The notes beneath the pieces were generated by a model. It was not told the origin of the DNA. It worked only from the letters and a program-made list of their open reading frames with translations, and did not search any database. From NCBI RefSeq assembly GCF_025526975.1, contig NW_026515669.1, forward strand, positions 186,001 to 250,000: a stretch of 64,000 bases of DNA, in the 5' to 3' direction. The position numbers and the translations under genes are program-made. Positions within the stretch are counted from its first letter, which is position 1; every line of letters starts with the position of its first letter. The DNA comes from Fimicolochytrium jonesii. Lineage: Eukaryota. Positions 1 through 12,100 of the stretch are shown one piece after another.

Positions 1-2329
1 CGCGTGCTCTGCGAGCCCGAATGCAAAGGTTCGTGGATCTGTGCGTGCCCACAGGTATCAACACCAAGTGCGCAAGGAAAGGACAAACATTCGGCAGAAC
101 CGTCAAGCAACGACATACCTTCGGACAACCCGCTCGTAGCCAAGCCGCACCAATCCCTCACATACCCATCGAAATCGAGCGCCCGCGTCCATGTTATCAA
201 GAAGTCGGGCTCAAGTTCGGCTTCCAATGCAGCCTCCAATGATCTTTCGGTCATCGGCGTTGGCGGTAGTATGCGGGAGGCTGTGACCGTCGCTTCGGCG
301 TCCTCGTCACCAGTGAGAGGACGTGCCTGATGTGGGTCGGTTGCCCGAGGCGTAAGGGAGGACGGTCTCTCGGCTGCTTTTGTGGCTGTTGTTGAAGTCG
401 TAGGGAATGTTCGACGACCTTCGTAATACCTGAGCAAATGAGATTTAGCCATGGGTCCCCTCGCATCAGTGTCTTTCTGCCTTATGTCGGCCGACCCCAC
501 TCACAGTTTTCGAAGCCAGTTCAGCTTCCGTTGTCTCCGCGAGCGCTCGACTTCCTGCCGTCGCCTCAGTTTCAGATGATGATATGGTATCGTCTTGGTT
601 TTCTCTTGGGCTAAGTCACTGTCTTCTTCAAGTATCTGGATGCTGCAGAATCAGTCAAACAACGCCTCATCGCATTCCAGAAAATCACGCACAACATTTC
701 ATGTACCTTGTCTGAAACTGGTCGCCAGCCGTTGTTCTCGACCCTTCTGTACCATCCATCTAATAGCAAGAAAGTCGGGGCGATCAGACCGGAGCCGCGC
801 GGAAGGTAAAGGTTGCGTTAAAACTCACTGAAAAGAGCCATCCCAGGTGCAGGTCCAATCTTATCGAAAAGCTTCACAGGTAAGGCTTGTTTACTCTCTG
901 CGGACGTGTAGTCGCGCGGACTGAAGGCGTTCATGTCGATCAGGGCTTTGTGAACGTAGACTTTGTAGAAGATGGTTGGTGGGAAGGATTTCTGGTGGTG
1001 GAGACAGCCGTCAGAGGATAATTCTTCATTTGTTGTTGGGAGAGTCCATCCCTCCTTTCGGCATACATACTCCGCCCAGGCGAAACCGCACATGTGCACC
1101 CATGGATGCATCGATCAGCGCCGCTTCCTGGGGGTTGATGAACTTCAACAGACGTTTCGGGTCGCCCCGAAGCCTGAATTTGATCATGTCGCCGTAGATT
1201 TTGTATATCTTTCGATTCTGCAAGCTAATCTGAGACTTGGTAGGACCTCTGTGTGCAGACGGCTTTTGAACATACGTAATAACTTCGCCACAGCATTTGT
1301 ATCTTCCTCGCCGCTGCGTCCCATGATGTATGCTGCCCGGCTTTCCGCATCTTCCACATCATTTGCTTCATCGCCACGCCCGTAGATTGGTCTTCTCCTC
1401 CCTCGACCTTTTTGGGTGTGCGATACAATGTACATGTGATGAGCTATGTTGGAGGAACATCCCAACCCCCGAAAGAGAGAGCTGCATTTCAATCAACCTT
1501 CCGCTTGTAGGCCAGATAGCTTTTCCGCACTACCCACATCCGCCATAGCGATTGTATGAACGTGGCAGCGTACTCTGGAAATGTCGGCGGGAGACTGAAG
1601 TGGTTCCTTCGTTCCAAGAATGTGCAATATCTGTAGTAGCGCCGCAGCATTTTTTCCTGTAACGACAGATTCAGATGTTTTGTTACCTGCCCAAACACCT
1701 GCCGTTTGACACGAGCTCCCTGTCATACCTGAATACTCAACGAATACGCATCCACCGCCGGCAACACCAACTGAAAAGCCGTCCCCAGCCCCGTCCCAAC
1801 ATCCGGCGGACTCAGCCGATGCGTCTGAACCGTCAGCTGCCCACATATCACCTGAATGTACTTCCTGCGTGTGCGCCAGCCGCGATACAGAGATTGGAGG
1901 ATGAGGACTGCTGCCAGCCGAGCGAGCCGTTCGCGCACTTCCGGCTCATCTTCGACTGTGTAGGGGAGGCTGATGATGGGGCGCGGGGTGGATAGGGATT
2001 GGTTTGATGAGTGCGGGAGCTTTGGACGTGGGGGGGTGTCTGGGGGGATGGGGAGGGCTTGTCGCTGGAGCGCCAGCTACGATGCCAAAGGGACATATCA
2101 TCAACAAACAACACCCAATACGAAGAAAATAGAAAGCGCTTTCAAAACTCACCCATCGTGCGGCTTTGCTTCGTCTTAGAAGCTTTTCTGATTTGTCATT
2201 GGGAAACTCGACGGTCTCGAGCAAGAGCAATGGGTCGAACCCCCACGTTTGCTCTGCCCCTGCGTTGGCAATATCTGCGTCCAAAAGTCCTGTGGACTCC
2301 CGAAGGGTGTAGTAACTCTGGTATGTCAT
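1..2329 (-). CDS. IQ-motif protein with a C11orf65/MFI-like C-terminal domain; multi-exon, 3' end runs off the window
   Basis: Spliced exons give IQ-like motifs (ILQSLYRGWRTRRKY, FIQSLWRMW) and blocks resembling C11orf65/MFI (FRLRGDPKRLLKFINPQEAALIDASMGAHVRFRLGG, FPPTIFYKVY, GWYRRVENNGWRPVSD, LDFDGYVRDW). The start codon is uncertain. Confidence 0.75.
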
Positions 2330-2775
2330 TTTTGGGAATCGCTAATATTAGGATGCCAGGCGCATGGAAAGCTCAATGTGTGCTTGCAGAGCATTTCCTA
2401 TCGGATCAGTCACTCCGGTGATATTTGACAACTCCGAACAGCGGGTCGCGCTGTCGAATTTTCTTCGGATCGCGCCGTGGGGAGCTCCGCGGTGGCTTCC
2501 CATGCCCGAAGCGCCAAGACCTCCATCCTTTGTTGACCTTGGCAGATAGTGCTGCAATAACGCTCTTTCATCCGAACCCAAGTATCGCCCACTGTCTCGA
2601 AGGAAAAGTGCACATATGATACTATGCCATGTTTCCGGGATAAAGCGCAACGTCGCATTCGCAAAAGAGCTGGGCTAACTTCTCAATCCTTACCTCTTCG
2701 ATTTTTTCTTTCCTCTGCTCAATTCTTCACATCCGTTCGTCCTCCAATCCGCTCCCAGCCCACAGATCCATCACA

Positions 2776-3803
2776 ATGTCCAAATCAACCCTCGACCTCA
2801 ACAACCTCACCCCGTCCCAGAAATCTATCGCCCTCTCAAGCCTCCGCTCCCTCCTCACCTCCCAGCCTCCCTCCCCAGCAACAACCTACGACGACCCCAC
2901 CCTCCTCCGCTTCCTCATCGCCCGGCAGATGAACGCACCAAAAGCGTTGCAGATGATCAATGAGTATGTGGACTGGCGGGAAAAGGAGGGGATTGATCAG
3001 TTAGCTGTGCCGGGGGTGAGGGGGGAGCCGGTGATGAACGGTGTGAGGGGGTTTGAGGGTGTGGGAGATGCGGATTGGGAGGTGGGGAACGTGCCGGAGG
3101 AGTGGAGGGGGTGGTATGGGTCGTTAGGTAGGTCGCAAAGGGAGTCGATGATGGGAGACGGCGAGAATCTAACAGCGGGACAACCAGGTGGCGGATGTTT
3201 CCACAAGACGGATAAGGAGGGCCAACCCGTCTTCATCGAGCGCACAGGCTATCACGACGTGAAATCCCTCGCCACCAAATGCCCCCAATCCCAGATGCTC
3301 GACTGGCACGTCCGCAACACCGAGATGCTGTTCAACGTCCTGATGCCGGAATGCAGCGCCAAGAGCGGGAGACTGATTGAGAAACATACCGTGATCTTCG
3401 ATTGCGCGAATAGTGGAATGTGGCAGTTTAGTATGAAGGGGATGCAGTTGTTGAAGAGCGTGTCGGAGCTGGATTCGAAGGTGTATCCGGAACGACTGGG
3501 GAGATTGTTTATTGTTAATACGCCTGGTTAGTCGGTCCCCCCGGAACGATGGGTTTGCAACGAGCTGTAGATTGACCCTGTTACTCTGCAGGAATGTTCA
3601 CCCGAACCTGGAGCATCGTGAAGCGATGGCTAGATAAACGCATCCTAGAGAAAATCTTCATCCTCGACTCCAACTACCAAGCAACGCTGCTCGAGTACAT
3701 CGACGCTGCCAACCTCCCGGAATTCCTGGGTGGCACATGTAAATGCAGTCATATGCCTAATGGGTGTGTGCCTTCACCGTATCAGGAAAGCAGAAAAGCG
3801 TAG
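2776..3803 (+). CDS. Sec14-like CRAL-TRIO lipid-binding protein (3 exons)
   Basis: Motifs DDPTLLRFLIAR, FHKTDKEGQPVFIER, YPERLGRLFIVNTP, WSIVKRWLD and NLPEFLGG. Introns lie near 3128-3187 and 3527-3591. Confidence 0.9.
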
Positions 3804-4182
3804 GGATATAGTACAGTCAGAGTGGACGTAGGTCGTAAGATATCATCCACAGTTTTTGGCCAGGGTCACCGTGGACTATGTAATATTTTAAATAGAGCTT
3901 GTACATGGGTGCGATTGAATGAGATGCGTCGGACATCTTGCCTCTGGCATTCTGATATGCAGAGTACGCATGAGCGCATGGTGCGACATGGCCAGACACG
4001 GGACTGCTGAACTTTGGGTTCACACACAGGTGGCAGTGTCCGACAGGGTGAGGGCGTAAACATAGACTTTTATTTATTTTCTGCGCGGCTCAAAACCAGG
4101 TATTATTTCCAAAACTATAGTCCGAATGACACGACTCCCTTTCGCAACGAGGCGTAACGTCTCCCTCCAAACTACAAATTTG

Positions 4183-5235
4183 CTAAACTTTCTCCTCGTT
4201 TTCCGACGACGTCTTCAACACGACAACCGGGGCACGAAGCGCGCCAGGCACTTTCGCGGTGGCGCTTTTCTCCGTTTGCGGAGCAGACGATTTGTACTGG
4301 CTCCGATTCTGACTGGCACTCCTGCCTGACCCTTGAATGGACGCCGAGTATGCCGTGACGATCTCCTTCGTGTGGACGAACGAGAACTGGATGAACGTGG
4401 TGATCTGCCAGGCCACCCACATGCAGCGGGAGCCGGTGTATAGCAGGGAGACGTAGAATGTGGGCCCGTTGATCTGGGCGATGCAGACGATGGCGCAGAT
4501 TGTGTTTACGGAATAACGCAGCACTATGCTGGACTTTGCAATCTGAATGAGGATTGTGCGATTCCACTCCATCTTGCTCAGCAAGATGTATATAAATGTC
4601 CAGTCAGTCATGGTGTTGAGGACGAAGGTGACAATCGCATCAGCGAGGATGAGGCTGTTGAAAGCGTCTTCCAGCTTGTTATAATCCTCGTTCCCTCTTG
4701 CCAGGAAGTAGGAATTGGGAATCCATGCGGCTGCGAGGTGACTAAGACAGCTCAGGATAGTCGCGGCAAACAGAATCCGACCGAAGAGGTTTTCCGATGA
4801 AAGCATGGCCCTCAAGCGCAGGATAGTCATGAGTTCGAAAACGACATTGGCGGCCGATAACAGATACACCCATGTGTATGCGTACGGGGAAGGGTTTCCT
4901 ACTACGGAAAATCCAACCATCGACGTGAAGTCGATTGCTACCGTTTGTCGAAAGTCGGTCTGTGCCATATCCGCTAGTTTCAATGAGGAGCAGGTGGCAA
5001 CGATGGTGAGCGCACATGCAACTGCGCATGCAATGTAGACGGGCTTTTTGTACTGCTTCGTGTTGCTCAGCAAGGTGGGTACGGCGACGAAAAGGATTTG
5101 CGAAAGTCCAATCATCATCATTGGAACTCCTACGGCCGCCGTTGCTGTGTCTTTCAGCTGGCTTGGCAGAAAGACTTCCGGTGTAGGATATAAGTTCACA
5201 CAGCGTGGGTATAATGCTGTCATTGAAGCCATCAT
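4183..5235 (-). CDS. Orphan multi-pass (about 7 TM) membrane protein, intronless
   Basis: 350-aa ORF with about seven hydrophobic segments and a Ser/Thr-rich polar C-tail. No family motif recognised. Confidence 0.75.
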   Translation of the reverse strand: MMASMTALYPRCVNLYPTPEVFLPSQLKDTATAAVGVPMMMIGLSQILFVAVPTLLSNTKQYKKPVYIACAVACALTIVATCSSLKLADMAQTDFRQTVAIDFTSMVGFSVVGNPSPYAYTWVYLLSAANVVFELMTILRLRAMLSSENLFGRILFAATILSCLSHLAAAWIPNSYFLARGNEDYNKLEDAFNSLILADAIVTFVLNTMTDWTFIYILLSKMEWNRTILIQIAKSSIVLRYSVNTICAIVCIAQINGPTFYVSLLYTGSRCMWVAWQITTFIQFSFVHTKEIVTAYSASIQGSGRSASQNRSQYKSSAPQTEKSATAKVPGALRAPVVVLKTSSENEEKV

Positions 5236-6522
5236 TTACCTTTGAGCAAAATTGCTGCCTGGACGGCATTGAACCCATAAACGTTTGGGATGAAAAGTGA
5301 TCCCGTCGAGTCCGCCCCGGCTACGGCCATAATCTCGCCTATACCGGCGCCGATTTCAGCCATCCTGCGTGTTTGAGAATGGATGAAGATGAGGTCGTCG
5401 TTGGATTACGGTGGCACTAGTCACTGGAAACCGAAGCGTTTCTTGCGCGAAGCGATGAATCAGGTTGATCTGGTATATGCAGTTGATGCTGATGTTCTCG
5501 GAAACCTGGCCAGCGCCTGCGTTCTTATACGCGCTGATCCCAAGCCCCGTTCTGGTGGTCCCCGTAACTGACACAAACATAAGCTTATTTTGGATTGGAC
5601 GTTCGAGAACAACCCGATTGCTTTCCGGATCGGTGTGTGTTTGCGACAGCCTTGTTCTGGATCTAATGGACGAGGCGTGGCGGAGAGCGAGGGCAAACAC
5701 CAATTGACAGGGCTGAGGACTGTCAGGCCCACAAGTTCCTGGGATCGACAATTAATTACCAAAGTAAACCGAGTTGGTCTCGAGATTTGGCTCGAGTTTA
5801 CGATAGTTGCCAATTTACACAGCTGCGTACCGGAGACCAGGGTCTTGCTACAGAGAGGTCTACTCTCAATCCTGCTGAGGAAGTGGGTTGGGATCGAGGC
5901 AACCCGGGGACATCTGCGGAAATTTACTTAGGTTTTGGATGCTGAGGTCAGCCTCTTGGGATCTGTGCCACCACGGAGACAGTTCCCGCCAGAATCTATC
6001 CGCGGCACCGAGAAGTCCCAAGACAGCGGAATGCAACTCAATACGCCGGTAGCGCGAGGGTTTTCTCGGTTTGCTTTGTCTCTGCGAAAAAAAAACTCAC
6101 ACTTATTATTCTCAATCTCGATCCCCGTAAATTGTCATCAGTACCCGGGCGCGGCCTATTTTTGGAAGTTATACTTAGCAACTTTGAATTTAGCCATGGC
6201 GCCGGTTTAATTTTCCCCTCAAGCTCGAGGTCATGTGACCGGAACATGTCCGAAAGCGCGCGAGAGAGGCGGTTGTCCGAAAAGGTGGCAATTGGAACAC
6301 CAGGCAACAGAGGCAACTCTCGACGGCCCCCACGACTCGCCAACCACTGAGCTCAACCCGCCAACACAAGCCTCATCAGTCTCACGCTCTCGACGTCCGT
6401 AGCTACTATCGACCTTTCCCACAGGGCTCTTCAGCTGCTGCAAAGTCGGAAAGGATACGAACAACGCACAAACGCGACTGGCAATAACGGAAAGCGGAAA
6501 GAACCGTTGATTATTCGACAAC

Positions 6523-8751
6523 ATGCTGACTGCGGAAGCGAATTCCAGTCGGGAAGACATGCTAGGTGCTTTCGGCCCACAGCTGGCTGCTACGCCAGAA
6601 GTCCTAGAGCGACTTCTCTCCTATTCCAAAATGTTCGACATTGCTGCGGAGGATCTCCACGCAAAGTGGGAAGCCTACACCCTAACACCCGCCGCTCTAA
6701 AGTCCGAGTCCGACCTGACCCTGCCTACCCTGGAGCATCTCGACGAGCTGCAATCGATCCTTCTCCGGAAGCAGCAAGTGGAGAAACAAGAAGCGGTCTT
6801 GGGTGCTGGAAGTGCAAACTTGCCGTTCCAGGTCAAAGACGTAGACCCGACTATGGACGGCAAGATGTATACAAATGATACCCTCCAGAGCCTATTCGCA
6901 TCCGGGAATGACTCTGCATCCCAGTTTGGGGGAAACTTCAGGACACCTGCGAAAGTAAAACGGAAGGTGATCCCGAAAGATTCAGGGAGCGCTACGCGTT
7001 ACAATCCGGGAAGAGCACAGCAAGGCTTTGGTGGCCTCACTCCAAAGACACCGGCATCAGCCAGACAGTCTGATCATCTCGGCCATGGGGAAGTCCCTCT
7101 CAGCGCCGGTCCGTTGTCATTTGCGACACTTGCGGGATCGCCCATCACGCCAACGGCCGCGCGACCCTCTGGCATCAGTGGGCCATCACCTAGCGCCATC
7201 AAATTCGCGGACCGATTGAATAAGGCAAAGATCGAAGAAACACTCAACCCGCATATCCCCATGGAGAGTGCCGGTGAAGACGAAACAGTGCCATGCGAGG
7301 TATCCCTCGTACCGGGACAGCAAACCGGCGGGTACAGATATATGTACGAGAAACTGATGGAGAAGGGCGACTATCTGGATGAACGAATCCACAACTTTGC
7401 GGAAATCATCGGCGAGGCTGTGCGAGACACGCTTCCCGAAAAGGACCGAGACGACTTCTGCATGCAACACCCAGGCGTGCCCAAGCAAGAGCCCATCTTC
7501 ACCGTCGGCCGGATCTGCTCGGACACGGTGGCGGAGAACGCCAAGCTAAACGAACAATCTGTGGTACTGGAATCGTCGCGTGGGATCGGGTCAGGCTGTC
7601 GCGTCAAGATGAACGTCAGCGATGTGCCCGAATACTCGCTCTTCCCCGGTCAGATCATTGGCGTGCACGGCATGAACCCCAGCGGGCATTGCATCGATGC
7701 CTCAAGACTCCTGCTCCCACCGCTCCCTGCCAAACCGGCATCGACTCCGTCGCAGCTTGCCGCGTACTATCCACCCGGCTCCGCAGCCGCTAAACGACCG
7801 ATCAACATCTTCATCGCCAACGGCCCGTACACCTTGGACGACAGTCTCAATTTTGAGCCCCTGGAAGAGCTCACAGCCCAGATCGAGAAGGAGAAGCCGG
7901 AGGTCGTCATCCTCCAAGGACCCTTCGTCGACGCCGAGCACCCGATGATAGCCGCCGGCGACATCGATGAAGAGCTCGACGATCTGTTCAAATCACGCGT
8001 CGCTCCCCGCATCGAGCGCATCTCGCAAGCACGCGGTCATCACGGAACCGTTCAAGTCATCCTCATCCCATCCACCCGAGATGCATGCTCGGAATGGGTA
8101 TCCTTCCCACAACCAGCCCTCGCGGCGGCCCTGGACGAACGAGCGGCTCTGGAACGGAGAGCGGCATTGGGCATCCCGGCCCGGGTCCTCCTGTTCCCCA
8201 ACCCGGTCCAGTTCACCATCAACGAAGTTGTGTTTGCGTGTTGCTCGACCGACGTGTTGTGGCAGATGGCGTCTGAGGAGGTCGCGCGCGTGTCCCGAAC
8301 CGCGAAGCAGATGAATCACATCAAACAAGAGCCGAATAGCCGCCACCCACCATCGCAACAACAGCACCAACAGCGATCAGACCAACCCCCCATCGCCCCC
8401 CACAAACTCGCCCGCCTGTTCACCCACCTCCTCACCCAACGCACCTTCTACCCCCTCTTCCCCCCACCCCTCAACAACGCCTCGCTCGACCTCTCCCGCC
8501 ACGCCGCGCTGGACCTGCAAGCCGTCCCCGACGTGCTCATCGTCGCCAGCAGGCTGCAGTACACCGCGCGCGTCGTCGACGGGTGCGTGTGTGTCAACCC
8601 GGGGTGGGCGAGCAAAGGCCGCACGGGCGGCACGTTTGCGAGGGTGTGTGTGTGGCCGTTGGATATGCAGCGCGTGGAAGAGGCGATGGAGGACGTGGTG
8701 GTGGCCCATGCGGTCGATGAGAGGTGTAGGGTGGAGATAAGGAGGATTTGA
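6523..8751 (+). CDS. POL12: DNA polymerase alpha/primase subunit B, intronless
   Basis: 742-aa ORF with motifs YRYMYEK, VGRICSD, LESSRGIGSG, YSLFPGQIIGVHGMNPSG, GPYT, LQGPFVD, PNPVQFTINEV and PDVLI...CVNPG. Confidence 0.95.
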   Translation: MLTAEANSSREDMLGAFGPQLAATPEVLERLLSYSKMFDIAAEDLHAKWEAYTLTPAALKSESDLTLPTLEHLDELQSILLRKQQVEKQEAVLGAGSANLPFQVKDVDPTMDGKMYTNDTLQSLFASGNDSASQFGGNFRTPAKVKRKVIPKDSGSATRYNPGRAQQGFGGLTPKTPASARQSDHLGHGEVPLSAGPLSFATLAGSPITPTAARPSGISGPSPSAIKFADRLNKAKIEETLNPHIPMESAGEDETVPCEVSLVPGQQTGGYRYMYEKLMEKGDYLDERIHNFAEIIGEAVRDTLPEKDRDDFCMQHPGVPKQEPIFTVGRICSDTVAENAKLNEQSVVLESSRGIGSGCRVKMNVSDVPEYSLFPGQIIGVHGMNPSGHCIDASRLLLPPLPAKPASTPSQLAAYYPPGSAAAKRPINIFIANGPYTLDDSLNFEPLEELTAQIEKEKPEVVILQGPFVDAEHPMIAAGDIDEELDDLFKSRVAPRIERISQARGHHGTVQVILIPSTRDACSEWVSFPQPALAAALDERAALERRAALGIPARVLLFPNPVQFTINEVVFACCSTDVLWQMASEEVARVSRTAKQMNHIKQEPNSRHPPSQQQHQQRSDQPPIAPHKLARLFTHLLTQRTFYPLFPPPLNNASLDLSRHAALDLQAVPDVLIVASRLQYTARVVDGCVCVNPGWASKGRTGGTFARVCVWPLDMQRVEEAMEDVVVAHAVDERCRVEIRRI

Positions 8752-9136
8752 CACGGCGTCGCTGGAGAGACGCTCCGAGGCCGTTACGTGTTCGAGAAGA
8801 TAGATGTGCGACGTTCACATGGGGATGGGATGCGTCGATACCTATATCTCCCTTGCTCCTCTGTCTTTGTAAATAGGGTCTTGTGACATGAAATGGGTGA
8901 CTGAAGCTTTGCTTAAAATACGTTGTGTGAAATAGTAGGACACCGATCGAAAATCTCATTTTCCAACACTCAAAAAAACAAAGAATAAAGTTAAGAAAAG
9001 GGGACAAGTCTATATAGGCAACAAAAAAAGGTACGCCATGGCTCCGTTCCCGAAGCGACCCAAAACAATATAATACATATAAAATACAGAGTTAATACGC
9101 CATGACCCCTCGTCATTCCGCTCGCCAACTATCGCA

Positions 9137-12100
9137 TCAGACCCAGGTATCCATGACGCCGCCCTCCCTCAAAAAGCCCAGCAGCACCTCGACCCTCGCG
9201 CTGCCCAACACGCTCCTGACCAACTGTTGGGCGGTGACGACTTTATCGACGGGCAGCACGGCTTCTTTGAGGACTCTGTGGGCGACGTGGGACGGGAGGG
9301 TGTCTGAGTCTGTTAGGCTATATGCGGATGATTTTGCGGTGGTTGTGAGGGTGGTGGAGGTGGATGTGGAGGTGGATGTTGTGGTTGTGGTTGTTGTTGA
9401 GGAGGAGTTTGAGGAGGATGAGGTTGAGGAGAGGGTGGTTGCTACTGAGACTGTTTTGGTGGGGTGGTGTTTGCGTTTTGTGGGTGGGGGAGGGGATGTG
9501 AGGTGCGGGTGGTGGAGGACGGTGGCGGGGGATGTGGGCGGGGGTTGCGTGGAGAGTGGGTGGGATATGTGGTGGTGCTGGGGTTGGGGGTACTGCGATG
9601 ACTTGGAGGAGTGGTGGGGAGGTGGTTGGGGGGAGTTGGGCGCGGTCGGGTACGTGTAAGTTGCCGAGTAGGTGGGGTAGTGGGCAGGGTCTCGTTGGGG
9701 ATTACGTTGAGGTTGTTGCTGCTGCTGGGAAGCCATCGCCCGATGATGATGGCTGTGCGCAGAGAAAGAATGCTGCTGCGGCTGCTGTTGACGATGCAGT
9801 TCATGATGAGAACGCACAGACCGATGGTACCCCTCATGCATATTCGCACCCCCCGCCGCATCCCCCACAGTCCCCCTCGCCCGCGCACCCATACTCGGCA
9901 CCAAGCCCGCAACCGCAAACGCCTCCATCCACGCCGCGCGGGTCTCGAAATCCGACACCGTAAACAAATACTTCTTCTTCGTCGCCGCGTTCGCAGCCGC
10001 CGCGTCCCGTGCGGCGACGGGGGACGCCAACATAGGCAGCTCCAACGTCGAGTCCAGTCGGTGCATCATAGGGAGGGTCGTGGAGCTGCCGTTACCGTTA
10101 TGGCTGCGGGCTTTAAACCCCCCACCGGCTCGACCGCTCCCACTCCGCTCATTGCCACCCACCGCCCCGCTCCAAAACGTCAACTGGAAACTATGTCTCA
10201 AAAACGCGGGCTCAATCGTGATCTGCCTCGTCGCAGGTGTCATCCTGTACCGTCTCGCCGTCCCTCCCCTCTTATACATGAACACAATCTTCCGCCCCAG
10301 CCCGGTTCCTTTCACCGTGAACGTGGCCGTATTGGAGGTTGCGAATGTAAGTACCGCGGGCGTGAAGAGGAGGTCTTGGCCGTAGAGGTGGATCCGGAGC
10401 CGGGGGTCCGGGAAGGGGATGGAGATGGATATGGGCGGGGAGGTATGTTTTAAGGTGAGGCGCGAGGGGAAGGGTGGGATGGTCAGGTCGTCGTCCGGTG
10501 TCCCGTTAGTGTCCACTTCGTTCTCATCGGCGCGTTCAGCGGGTTCGTCGGCTGCGTCTTCCTCATTATACGGTTGCGGGTGATGGTGTGGGTCGGTTTC
10601 CACATACGCGTCCTCTGCTGCCGCATGATGCGAATGACTGTGGAAAACGGGCCTCCGCTTGCCCCCATACACCACCTCCCCCTTGCTCCCCCCACCCCCG
10701 CCAGCAACCTCGACCAAAACGCCCACCTTGCCCCCCGCATCCGCATCCACCTCCGCCATCTCCACCTTCTCCCTCCGCACACTGTCATACACCTCCGCAA
10801 GCGTCGTCGTACTGATCCCCGTCGAATACGGCAACGGCACCCCGTTGTACCCGCCCGCGGCGACCGCTTCGGCTCTGATGGTCGTCCGGAACCTGTCGAT
10901 GAATTCACGAGAGGTGACGCGGGGTGGGGGCGCGGGGTGGGTGTCGTCTTCTACGACTGTGGTGGGGCTCGTTGCGGAGGAGGATGTTGGGTAGGTGTTG
11001 TGGAGATCCGCGTTGAGTTCCATGACGGCGAACACGAGGCGGAGGATGATGTTGGGATGCAGATCAGCCGTATGCCCGCGTCCGTCTTTATTGGCGTGGA
11101 ACCACTGCCGAGCGAACGCGTCGAGCATGCGGTCGATCACCGCCGTATCGCCCGGTAACCTCATGGTCGACAAGAACAGCCGTAGTGACTCGTCTATCCG
11201 CTGGTTCTTGAAGGGGAAGGTGGAGAGGAACGCTTGCAGGATGTCCGCGTGTTCCAGGACGCCGAGGAACCGGCCCAGCTGTCGTTTGTTCAACCCGGGG
11301 GTGACGTGCAGGAAATGCGCGATGGCGTCCGGTGTGCACGGAAACGCTCGTTTGGCGAGTATATACGCAATAGCTTTGATCGGGTTCGCTCCAAACTTCT
11401 TCACAGTGGTTCGGACGGCCGGGGACGGTACACGTGCAGTATAATTCCACCGTTCATCCTTAAGCACCAGCTGCGCGTTATGGTTGGTCGTGTTCAACGG
11501 CATGATGTTCTTGATCTGGTATGTGGAGTTGAGCGGGTTGATGGGATCGTCCGAGAGTTGTTTGGCGATGACCAGCATGTCGGTGAAGAGGAATAGGTAG
11601 CGGTCTTTGACGGTGCTGGTGGTGATGACCTGCCAGGCGCGGCCTTGGTGGAGGAACTTGCGGGATGGTTCGAGGAGGGGGAGCGGGGGGATGCTTGAGG
11701 AGGATGTAGAGCAGGATTCCGATCGGGATATGTAGGTGGATGATTCTAGTAAGCCGTCAATTGGTACCATCATTGCCAGTACCGATCCCGAGGTACTATA
11801 CGACACGTTGTCGAGTCTAGTCGGTTCTACCGGCCTGTCCCCAGCGACCCGCGGCGTCGGAGGCTCCGAAGCCGTGTCGAGTTGCGCGACAGCCGAGCGC
11901 TGGTGCGTATACAGCTGCGGCAACAACCTCTCCTGCCCCGAATCCAACGACGACCCAAACCTCGCAGCCGCTACATCACTACGAGCAACCTTTGTTTTCC
12001 GAATAGTCAGTAAATCCGGCGTCTTCGCTCGTGTCCTGCTCTCGTTCAACTCCGGGGTGGATGTTTTCCGCACGCCGACAATATCTGCCGTAACTGATCC

